A DNA stretch of 64,000 bases from Narcine bancroftii (taxonomy: Eukaryota), in assembly GCF_036971445.1 (NCBI RefSeq), contig NC_091478.1, forward strand, positions 88,660,001 through 88,724,000, in the 5' to 3' direction. The position numbers and the translations under genes are program-made. Of the stretch, positions 12,128 to 23,032 are shown in pieces; within the stretch, counting starts at the first letter, position 1, and each line of letters begins with the position of its first letter. The notes under the pieces were generated by a model, which searched no databases, was not told the origin of the DNA, and was given only the letters and a program-made list of their open reading frames with translations.

Positions 12128-15100
12128 CTGCAAAGAATGCCAGAGATGCAATAAATAAAGACAAAATTTTATATCGTAAGGGATTGATCATGTAGATAGT
12201 TCAACATTGCAGTGTTGAATTGCTGTGTGCTGCAAAACACAATGGAATGCATGTCAAAAAATGCAGAGCTTACATATTAGGAACATATTTAATGAAAAAG
12301 AGTTTACCAGTGGTGTGATAGAGGGAAGGAAACTGAAAGCTCGATTGGGCCAGTTAGCATCTTGCCAACCATAGATGTTAGAATTAATTAAAAGGAAGTA
12401 ACTAATCATGTAGAAAAGCTGAATACAATGAATCCTAATCAACATTTTATGAAAGGCAATTCATTTTTGAAGAATTTGTTTGAGTACTTTGAAAATGTGA
12501 CAAGGGGAGTTGATGGATGGTGCCAAAGAAGATACTGGTATATGAATTAAAAGGCCAAGGAATTCGAGAAAGTGCGTTAGTATGGTTTGAAAATGGGCTG
12601 TTACATAGAAACAAAGAGAATACATGAGTCCTCTTTTTCAGATGAGAGTACCCCAGGGGGTACAGCAGGAAATGGCTCTTATCCCTCAATGTTTGTTTAT
12701 TTCAATTACTTGGAGAAGGAAATGAAATGTGAGGTTTCTTGTTTGTCAAAGACATTAAAATTGATGGAAGGGAATGTTGTGATGACTGATTCTGCAAAGT
12801 GTTTATGCACTTTGGTAAAAGGAATGAAAAGGCAGATTATATAACTGGAGACTGCAAATGGTGAAGTTCACAGTTCTTGAGCATGAATCACATAATTTTT
12901 GGGATGTGATGGTTTTGTCATATTAAGAGTCTAGACCAGGAGTGGGCAACCTTTTTTTAAAAAAAAACTTCACTGCTCTCGACCCAATTGTTCCTGAAAT
13001 ATTTGGCTTGAGTAAAATTGTCATTGGTCCATTTCCTTTGGAGTTAGGAAACAGTGTGCATGAGTCTATTAGAGATGACTGAAACTGGATTTTCATTCCA
13101 TTCACATACCACCTTGAGCAATCCCTTACTAATCACAGGTAAAACACAAGATTCTGTTGATACCTTGGTTAAGTGAAAAAACACATAAATGCTGAAGAAA
13201 CTCGGCAGGTCAAACAGTGCCTTTATGTAGCAAACCCACTAATCACAGAACACTTGTGGCATAGGGATTACTTAAGGTGGAATGGGAGTTTAATAAGGTT
13301 GGCCACCCCTAGTCTAGACAGCCTCCCTGTTTCTGCTTATACTTGACATAGGGCTCATGACAGAAATGTTGGTTACCCATTACTTCCTATAAATGCTGCA
13401 CGAATTTCTCCAACACATTGATGTATTGCACTCGATGTCTGGATCTGCACACTTTCTTGCTTAACTCTAGATAGTTTGAGGTTGTATTCCTTGAAGTTTA
13501 CAAAGAACACCAAATACATTACTCAAATATCCAAGATCATAATGGGGTTGGACTAGAAAGATGTTGAGAGGTTTTCAAAGATGGGAGATACAAAGGGACA
13601 TGGTTTAAAAAAAGGGGGCAAGTCATTTAAAATTGGGGCAGAAATTTCTTCTTTTGAAGGGCAGTGAATAGCTGGAATTATCTACTCCCTGAAGGTAGTG
13701 GAGGCTATACTGTATTTAAGGGGAGGTGTATAAATATGTCAAAGATGAACTAAGGGGTACTGGCACAGATTAGTCCAGTTTAGAAGAGCCAGTTGGCCTA
13801 CTCCTGTTCCTATTTCCTTGTGTCCTTGATGTCAAGAAGTGGTTTTTCCCCACAAAGATGGACTCTCTTGAACAGTTTGCCAGGATCCAGTGAACTTCAA
13901 TTTTGCTGAATTGCTTTATGTAAGAGATATGTTTGTTTCAGCCAACGGCAAAGTTCACTTCTTACAAAAGAAAGCTATCTTAAAAAAAAAATTCCCAGTT
14001 TTGATCATCTGGAACAGGTGGTAGGGTGGGGTGAAGGCATGGATGGTGCAATCAGAGAGGAATTTCCTTCCTTTCCAACAAGCCTGGGTCTTTTTAAATC
14101 AGGGTTTGGATGAGTACAAAATGCACATTTGGTGAATATAACATAATTGATGTGGAAAAAGCTAATAGGCCATCAATGTTTGTATGTTTGACAAGATATT
14201 TGATTGTGAAAATGAAAGGTAGCAATCAAGAAAAGGCTCCACACACCTTTCAGCTCTGCAGGATTTGTCTCCTTTCCGGTGGTTATTCCTGTCAGTATGA
14301 CACCATCAGAGAGGAAAAATTCAGCAGCTCTGCCGGTGTCTGATACACTGATATCTGATGTCACAGCGTGTGAGCTGAAAACAGCGAACAACAGGTAAAC
14401 TATTGCAATGCATTATTTCAAACACCAGAGTATTATAATTAACAGTCAATGAGATCACAAGATAAAGAACAGAAGCAGGCCACTAGGCCCATAAAGTCTG
14501 TTCCATGACTCTATGCTAAGCTAAACTATGCTCACACCAAGTTCCAATTTCTAGCATTTTCCCCATATCCCTCGATACCTTTACTCATTAGGTACTTGTC
14601 CATTTTCTGTTAAATACTTCTAGCAATCTGGCCTCCACTGCTTTGTGTGGCAGTGAGTCCACAAATCCACGACTCTGACTAAAGAAGTTCTTCCTTCTCC
14701 CTGTTCTAATTGGATAACTTCTATCTATCCTGCATGCTTTTTATTATTTGCAAAAATATCTTCTAATCCTGCTCTGTTCCTCCAACTAGTTTGCATTTCC
14801 AGTCAACTTGAGCCAGTTCCTTTCTCATACCACCATAATTTCCTTTATTCCACTGAAAAATTGATACATCGATAACATTTTTACCTTTTTCAAATTTGAA
14901 ATTGAGTTCAACCATGTTTATGGTCACTGTTCCCTAGAGGTTCGAAGACCTTTAACTCCCTAATGATCTCCGGTTCATTGCACATGACCCAATCAAGAAC
15001 TGCTGATCCCCTGGTGGGCTTCTCAACAGGCTGTTCAAAAAATCCATCCCTTAGGTTTTCTACAAACTCACTCACCTGTGATCCAGTAATTTCCTGTCCT

Positions 15101-18100
15101 TCCCAATCCCCTGCCATGTTAGAATCCCCCATAATTATTTTGATATTATCTTTGTGACATGTCCTTTGTATTTCTGTCTGCATCTCATAGTCCACTTCTG
15201 GACTGCAGTTTGAGGACCTGTACATAACTGCTAATATGATCTTTTTACCCTTGGTATTTCTTAATTCAACCCATACTGATTCTACTGCTTTAGACCCTAT
15301 GTCCCTTCTTTCTACTGATTTAATGTCATTACTTATTATCATAACCACCCCTCCTCCTTCCTGCCTTTCTTTCCTATAGAGTGTGTATCCTTGAATATTG
15401 AGCTCCCAATCGCACGTATCATTGAGCCATGTTTCAGTGTGAAGAAAATTAATGAAGATTGAAGCCTACAATGTAGACTGGTACGTGTTAATCAACACAC
15501 TGGGCAGTTTCAAACAGGCATACATCTCAATCACCCATTTGTTCTTAATTCTTAATATTTTTCAAACCATCCACCTTCATGGAGACTTCATCAATCTATT
15601 CCATACCAGTCACTGTCATAAAATAATTCCTCTAAGGATGTCCATGCCCTGTGCGCAATTTGTATTTTAACTGAATATTGGGTTGAAGCCAATATCCAAT
15701 AAACCATTATAATTATATGGCAGAGCTGGATAGAGGGACCATATAGACAACTCCTGCTTCTATTATGATCTTTTAATTGTGAATATTTAACGATATCTGC
15801 ATAAATCTATAAAATCCTGTGTTCCAGCCATTCCTCATTATTTGATTTTTGTTAGATACGGGGTTGGCTTCTCCTATCTACAATGTCTAGACATGCTTTT
15901 GTAATGAAACAACCAAAATCACAACTTTTGCTTTTGACAGGTTATTGATGGATACAGGTAGTCTTTCCTCTTGGAAATTTTGTCAAGATCCAGTGGTGAT
16001 GCTTTTAGTGAACTATCCCCCAATACATTTCTTGGAATATATCCCTGTATTATTTCATATAGTCCAAAGAAAGACTTGTATATTCTTTAGGGGCAAATAA
16101 TCAATGAGGACACTTTTGATATATAATCTCAGCTATAATATAGTCAAATGCATCAACATTTCAGCAAGGTTTTACAAAGAATAATGAGACCAATGACCAA
16201 ATAATCAGTTTTTAATGCTGTGGATTGAGAGTTCAGAACACAGAGAAATCATTTTTTTCTTCATACTCTTCAGCAGACAGGAGAATCCAGTTTTAATATT
16301 GTATGTGAAATATGTCCATCTGGTGAGACAAAACTGTCAGCCTAGATTCTTTATTCAACTCTCTAGAGTGAAGATTGAAACCAGGGTCATTTGACTCAAG
16401 GCAAGAATGCTAATGTTACTATTTTTAACCATCTTCAGGATTTAACTTGTACTCTTGTTATTCATTTCCCTCCCATGGTCTGTTTGTCAAGTGCTGATAC
16501 AACAGTGGTTGGGTGACAGTATTCATACTTAAGTTAGGTATTAACAATGTTAAGACACTCTCCAATAATGAGCGCAGAACTAAAAGTGACCCTTCATCAC
16601 AGACCAATTATAATTGAGCTATTAGTGCTGAGATTGTATCTCAAGTGACCTCATTAACTATTTGCACTAAAGAATATACAATTATAAATGCAAGTCTTTC
16701 TTTACGCTACATGAAATAATATAGGGATATTGCCAAGAAATGTATGGGGGTGGTGGGGGGAGAGGGAGGGAAGCATCATCAGCTAGAAAAATACTAACTG
16801 GACCTTGACATTTCTATCTTTTGGAGATAAGACCATTGCTTTGTCAGGGGATTTTTCTCTTGGATACCACACGATTTGATAGCTTTTATTGTTTGGTTTT
16901 TAAAAAGCTTTCCTGATGCCCAATTCTTCCCTCCCAAAAACAATCACTATTCTACCAAAGTGGTCTTCCTACTTATTTACTGCATTTGACCACATAATAC
17001 TGAGATTTGCTTGGCTGAAAATGTGAAACATGCTGTATATACTATAATATTGAATGGCAAAGGTGGCTTGGGAGACCAAATACCCAACTCCAATGCCTGC
17101 TCTTTTTGGGCACAAGTTGTATCACCTAAAAGGGTAAAGGCAATAGTAGCAGAGGAACAGCATCTCAGAAGTCATGTTTTCCTGTCTTCTTTATCGCTGA
17201 ATCAGTTCTATAACTGCATTCTGGGCATTAACCAGAAGGACTGTGATGGTTCATAAGCATCCACTACCACTCCTTGAGGGGAAAGTTTGACACCCACAAA
17301 GAATCAAAAGGTATTAAATATTACAAAACAGCAGAACATAAATGGATATATTTGAATGGGAAATTTTGGAAGAGATAAACTTTGAATTGGGAGCAATTAT
17401 TTCAGCAATACCTGTGTTTTTTCTTAATATCAGTAAAGATTTGAATGTGCTCAGCTCCTATTTGTCTGCGGTATCTAAGAAGATCACCAGCACATGCATC
17501 CAAAAACCCTTCATCTGAAACTTGTGAGAATACAAATCCTTCAGCTCGAATAAAATCAGCATCTAGGGAAGAAATAAATGATGTTTATTCTGGGAGCGGC
17601 CACACTAAACCAGAAATTAGAATCAGAATTTGTCCTTGTGTGTCACAAAATTTGTTTTATGGCAGCATCACCGTGCAAACATTTATAAAAACCACATTTC
17701 AAAATAGTGCAAGAAAACGATAAGCTAAGGTAGTCATTGTGGTTCATTGTTTATTCAGAAATCTCATGGTAGAGGGGAAGAAGCTGTCCTTGTGCCACTG
17801 AGTGCTCATCTTCAGGCTCCTGTACCTTCTTCCCCAATGGTAGCAGAGTGAAAAGGGCATGGCTGAGTCGTGTGTGTCCTTGAGGATAGAGGTTGCTTTC
17901 TTAAGATACCACCTCTTGTAGATGTCCTTGATGGAGTGAAGACTGGTGCCCCTGATGTTGCAGGCTGAGTTAACAGCCCTCTGGAGTTTTTCCTGTCCCG
18001 AGCATTGGCAGCTCCATACCAGACCGAGATTCCACCAACTCTCCACAGTACACCCGTAGAAGTTTGAGTTTTTGGTGGCATGCCGAATCTCCTCAAACTC

Positions 18101-21100
18101 CTCACAAAGTATAGCCACTGGCATCAACGAGGAGGATCCAGGACGGATACTCAGAGATGTTGATACCCAGGAATTTGAAGTTCATGACCATCACTGCCGT
18201 CCCCTCGATGAGGACGGGGTCATGTTCCCCGACTTTCTCTTGAAATCCACAATCATCTCCTTGATTTTGCTGATGTTGAGTGCAAGATTGTTGTTGTGAC
18301 ACCACTCAACGAGCTGATCTATCTCCTTCCTGTCCTCTTCCTCATTGCTGCCCGTGATTCTGCCCACAACTGTGGCGTCATCGACAAATTTGCATATAGC
18401 ATTTGAATTGCGCCTGGCCACGCAATTAAATAGAAGGGGAAAAAAATTGCTGGATGCTCATTTCAATTTCACTCTCTATTGAATTCCAGCTATTGCTTGT
18501 GGGATTTATGTTGGTTTTCTGACAGAGAAGGGAGATTTGTGGCTGTTAGAGAACAGAGTCATGACTTGATGCTTGGATTACAGAATAGAAGTGGGCTTAC
18601 AAGATATTGAGAAATTTGTCTCATAATAACTTCAGGTTGCAAGTCCGAACATCTATGCAGAATAACCTGAAGTTTCCTTCAACTTTCCAGAAACATTCTT
18701 TACATGGTCATGGAGCACCGGTTAGCTTTAACTTGTCCAGGTTTGCATGTGTTTATTTCATAAAATTAGATACAATTAGGTGAAGAACAAATTGTTTCTC
18801 TTCATCCTTTGTTCAAGTGTGTTCTGATCATTAAAAGCAGAAAGAACAATGTACAGAACAAGGTAAAACTGTACACAGTACATTGATCTTAGCTCCCACT
18901 GAAGAGTATCTGCAAATGTAGTTTTCTTTAGCTTTGAACTTTTGATCGTCACAATTAGAATTTCAAGATTCACAAGTTAATACCTAAGCAATTCATTTCA
19001 TTCTTAAAAAAGTCATCAAGTTTGCAGATGACACAACAGTTGGCTTAATCAGCAACAAGTCGCACTAGAGAAGAGGTGGAAAATCTTGTGAAATGGTGTG
19101 AGAGTAACAACCTGAGTCTCAAAGTGGACAAGGTGAAGGAGATGCTTTTGGACTTCCGGAGGACCAGGAACGACCACCCTCCCCTCTGTAGTAGAGAAAA
19201 TGGAGAGAACCAAGTTCCTTGGAGTTCATTTAACTAGTGACTTACAGTGGACACTCAACATCTCACTTATCAGGAAGTAGCAACAGTGAATGCACTTCCT
19301 CAGAAGACTGAAGTGGGTAAGGCCATTATTATGTCAACCTTCTACAGGAGCTCTATCAAGAACATCCTGGTCGGCTGCATCATAGTGTGATATGGTTGCT
19401 ACAGAGAAATATATTGAAGGTCAATCCACAGGACCATAAAAGTGGCAGAGAGTATCTCTGGGGTCTCTTTTCTTCCCCCCCCCGCCCCCCCCCCCGACAC
19501 CAATTGACCTGATCTACCGGGACTGTTGTGTGAACAAGGCGTGCAAAATCATTTGAGGACCCCTTCCACACAGTATCTTTCACCCGCTCCTGTTGGGGAA
19601 GAGATACAGGAGCATTGGAGCTAGTACCTCCAAGCTGAGGAACAGTTTCTTCCCACGGGCAGTGAGAAAACTGAACAACCAAAGGAATTGCTTACACTAA
19701 CCATCATATGTACAAAACAACATTTCTTTATATGTAAATAGGAAATAAATGTCCTGCATACGTATTGTTTGTCTATGCGTGATATGGACTGGTTGTGTGT
19801 CTGCATGTTTTGCTCCGAGGACCAGAGAATGCTGTTTCATCAGGCTATGCTTGTACAATCAAATGACAATAAAATTGACTTGATAAAGGCAGGAAAAGTT
19901 AAATGGAGATCATTTCTGCATATTCAAATCACGCATCAATTTCAAAATGTAAACAGTTTCAGTGTGCAATTTGAGACTTCAAGAGACATTATTATTGATA
20001 CACAGACCTGCTGCAAGTGCAACTGCTATTGCTTCTTTATTGGCTGCAGAAAGGATCTGGACACCAAGAGGAAGGCTGGGGTAGGACTGTCTCACAGCAG
20101 CACAAACAGTTGCCATGACAGCAGTCACTTCTGGACCAACACTTGCACTGTAAGGAATGTCGTGCATATTTTCCACTATTAGTCCATCCTTTGGAGAATT
20201 CCAGAAAAAAATTAGTTGGACGGATAAACAGTTTATTTCATATCAACCAATTCCCACCCTTAGAATCTAAAGTGCTTTCAAAGTCAAAAACATTGCAAAA
20301 TGACATTGGAATGTAATTTACATTTAAAATTTAGACGTACAGCACGGTAACAGACCTTCTGGTCCATGAGCCCGTACATTCTTTGAAAGGTAGGAGGTCA
20401 CTGATGCTGTAATAGAGTTGCACTAACCATGCCGCCGATGGTTAGTGAAGTTCATTTTATGATCAGTTAATGTTATGCTCTTATTTGCGTTAAATGATTA
20501 TTTTGATTGAATAATTTTAATTATTATGCTTTACTTGATACCATTCTTGAAGATTGTTAATAATAATGAGTTTACTGTCATATACATTGTACATAGCACA
20601 TGCAACTACAATGCAGCCAAACTTGTATTTGAATAGAAAATACAAATATAATAGCATTCATTAAATTTAAAAGAGAATATCACAAAATTTATGGATAAAT
20701 AGTTTTCAGAATGTTATCTATTAATTCTTTTTAGTATTTAGTTACTCAATGGACAAAAAATACACCTTATTATCTGATCTGGAAAATTGCTTCTGATCCA
20801 CAAATAATAAAGCATGAACATTTGTAATCTACATCTTTGTTTTCTTTTATGGGATTGTCTGTTGGGTCGATGAGCAAACTGACCACAAAATGAGAGGAAT
20901 TTTGCAAGCTGTTCTCTCTCTCTGATTCTGTTAGAAACCCACAGCAAAACAGAGAATGTTATAATGATTATATTTTTGCTTTTCAAACCTAATAATTGAT
21001 TTATTTAATAGTAGATGGCATGATTTTGAATCTCAACATGTGGGTTCATCAAAAAAAGTTAATGTGAAGGCTCCACTATCAACCCACAACCCAGCTTCAT

Positions 21101-22474
21101 ACTGTAGCTTACATTATTCAAAGGAATATGTGAAGTCTGGCACATTGATGGTTAGTGAAGTTCATCTTATGATCAATTTCTTTACATTTATTTTTGATCG
21201 GGGAACACCAACATTTATTTCCCATCCCTCATTGGCAGAATGGCTTGTTGGGCTACGGAAAATGTATCAGGAAAAGTACACAGGTGTTGGACCTCCTCCC
21301 TTGAGGATCATTAGTGAACCAGAGGGGCTTTTAATGTCAAGCTGATAGTTTTGTGATCCATTTGTTCCTGTTTAGATTCTAGACAAATTACAAATTTAAA
21401 TTCAATGGATGCCATTGTTGGATTTCAATTTGGGACCCCTCTCAGGTCTCTGGATTTCTCAAGAAACCAAAGACCCTGCAGATGCTACAACCTCAAACAA
21501 ACAGGATGGAGTCTTGTTCAAAGCTCCCCACCTGAAACTTAAGACTGTCCATTTCTCTCCATTGAATCTGACTGACCTGCTGAGTTCCCTCAGCTTTAAT
21601 TTTGTTTGCTCTTGTGTAAAACGCCTGGGTTTGATAAATAGCCCTCAATGTTTGAATTTTAACTAAACACTACCAAATCTGGAGCTTTGCCCTCTTGATC
21701 TAATGAAAACAGAAAATGTTGGAAATACTCAGTTCAAGCAGCATCCTTGGGGCCTTGGGGGGGGGGGGGGGGGGGGGGAACAGGGTTACAGGTTCAGGTT
21801 GGAAACTCTGTCCTTCAAAAGTCCCACAAGATATCGCTCGAGGAAATATACAATCAAGAAAGTGTCCACCTTTCTGGGAATAAAACACAACACTCCGCAG
21901 ACACTGTGTGGTTGAAGTGAAAACACTCTGCCGGAGAAACTCAGCAGGTCAGTGGCAAAGAGTTCAACGTTTCAGGCTTCCTCAACGTATCTGCAAAATG
22001 TAGTCAAAAGGCTCCTTCATTGTTTGACCTGATGAGTTTCCCCAACTTTGTGTTTTAACCTTTCTAGGGATCCATGGTTTTCTTCAGAGTATTTTTTGAG
22101 TTGTGTATCATTACATTGTGTTACATGACAGTTACTGCCCACCTTCCATCACTGACATTTCTACCTTCTACCAGAAGGTCATTCACCACCAACCACCAAT
22201 GGGCAGATGGGGTCGATGCCAAGGGCGGCGGGAGTTCCAATACTCACTATCCCAGCGCGGACATAGGCCTCCGCCTCCTCGAACGCTCTCTCCGTTATCT
22301 TGGCCACGGGCAACTGGTGCAGAGGGGCCCCTGATGGGAGAAGACACAGGATGAGACGGTGGCCATCAGGGGGGAGGCGGCTCCTGGCGCCCCGGCCTCA
22401 CCTGGCAGCGCTCGCAGATGGACCATCCCCAGCACCGCGCAGCGCACCGAACCCCACCACTGGCGGAAGCGCAT
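11937..22474 (-). CDS. BtpA/SgcQ-family TIM-barrel protein (F13E9.13-like / zebrafish zgc:162297-like), 6 coding exons, 268 aa
   Basis: complement(join(22402..22474,22248..22330,20008..20188,17412..17562,14247..14374,11937..12127)) = 807 nt, all GT-AG, phases consistent. BtpA motifs GMVHLRALPG, DGLIVENMHD.PY, DFIRAEGF, DIKKKHS, DGVILTG..TG, IGSGV, DALIIGSHFK. Confidence 0.93.
12937..13311. mobile_element. hAT (Charlie-like) non-autonomous element
   Basis: TIRs caggagtgggcaacct / aggttggccaccccta; 8-bp TSD GTCTAGAC on both sides. Confidence 0.8.
14247..14374 (-). CDS. BtpA-family gene exon 5 (SHAVTSDISV...DGVILTG...ELK)
   Basis: 128 nt; acceptor gttttcag, donor gtgtgt. Confidence 0.92.
14452..15440 (-). 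mobile_element. CR1-like LINE remnant (endonuclease region joined to 3' end)
   Basis: ORF 14908-15348: ESVWVEL, MYRS, IMGDSN, PTRGSAVLDWV, LGNSDH (APE domain). Confidence 0.8.
17412..17562 (-). CDS. BtpA-family gene exon 4 (DADFIRAEGF...DIKKKHS)
   Basis: 151 nt; acceptor ttcttccctag, donor gtattg. Confidence 0.92.
17615..18425 (-). mobile_element. Rex1/Babar- or L2-like LINE 3' fragment
   Basis: ICKFVDDATVVG, LNISKIKEMIVDF, FKFLGI, RRYRSL...KDSFFP. Confidence 0.8.
19012..19882 (+). mobile_element. Rex1/Babar- or L2-like LINE 3' fragment
   Basis: IKFADDTTV at ~19016; ends caataaaattgacttga. Confidence 0.75.
20008..20188 (-). CDS. BtpA-family gene exon 3 (DGLIVENMHDIPY...VALAA)
   Basis: 181 nt; overlaps ORF 19979..20176; AG/GT borders. 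Confidence 0.92.
22248..22330 (-). CDS. BtpA-family gene exon 2 (APLHQLPVAKITERAFEEAEAYVRAGI)
   Basis: Acceptor tcttctcccatcag, donor gtgagt; 83 nt, phase 1->0. Confidence 0.9.
22402..22474 (-). CDS. BtpA-family gene exon 1 (MRFRQWWGSVRCAVLGMVHLRALPG)
   Basis: ATG at 22474; donor CAG|GTGAGG; followed by a 71-nt intron. Confidence 0.9.
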
Positions 22475-22844
22475 CCTGGCCCCGCCACCCGCTCCGGAGA
22501 CAAGGGAATACGTGACGTCACTCCGCCAGCGTCCCCTGTCGGCGGGGGGGGGGCGGGGCCCGGAGCGCGGGGGCGGGGCCCGGAGCGCGGGGCGGGGCCC
22601 AGTGACCATTTCCTGCGACGGGGACCGCGCTCGCTCGTCTCCCGCCAGCGATTTAAAGGGATCGCGCAAGCGCAGTGAGGTGCCTCTCGCCCGGCTTTCC
22701 GCGGTGATACCGGCTGAGGGCGGGAGAAGGCGGTTTCCGGCGCAGTCGACGTGAGGGTTGAGGTCCGGCGTGAGGGGCTGGGGGTGAAGGCAGGCGGACA
22801 CTGACCTTCCCTCGCGTGGCCGGGTGTGGGCTGGGCTGGGGGGT

Positions 22845-22884
22845 CTCCTCCTCCTCCTCCTCCTCCTCCTTCTTCTTCTTCTTC
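22845..22884 (+). repeat. (CCT)n(CTT)n microsatellite
   Basis: Directly visible. Confidence 0.9.
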
Positions 22885-23018
22885 CACCCCCACCAGTGAT
22901 GTGACCGGGCAGGGCGGTCCAGCCTCGGCCATCTCGCAGCTTGCAGGGTAGCCCAGCCTCTGACCCTGTCCCTTCTCCATTGCAGGAGACCTTTCTCCCA
23001 CACGGCTCGGGCCCGAAG

Positions 23019-23032
23019 ATGCCCAGGACAAG
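23019..23032 (+). CDS. CCNE1: CCNE1 first coding exon (MPRTS; exon spans 22986-23032)
   Basis: Acceptor ctccattgcag ending 22985; gaagATGc; donor AG|gtattt; phase 2 matches the next exon. Confidence 0.75.

Noticed and set aside
21757-21778. Poly-G tract (others at ~7495, ~9557, ~43430 and ~46790) as functional G-quadruplexes
   Set aside because: Homopolymer runs are frequent throughout the window, mostly within repeats; nothing indicates a specific function.
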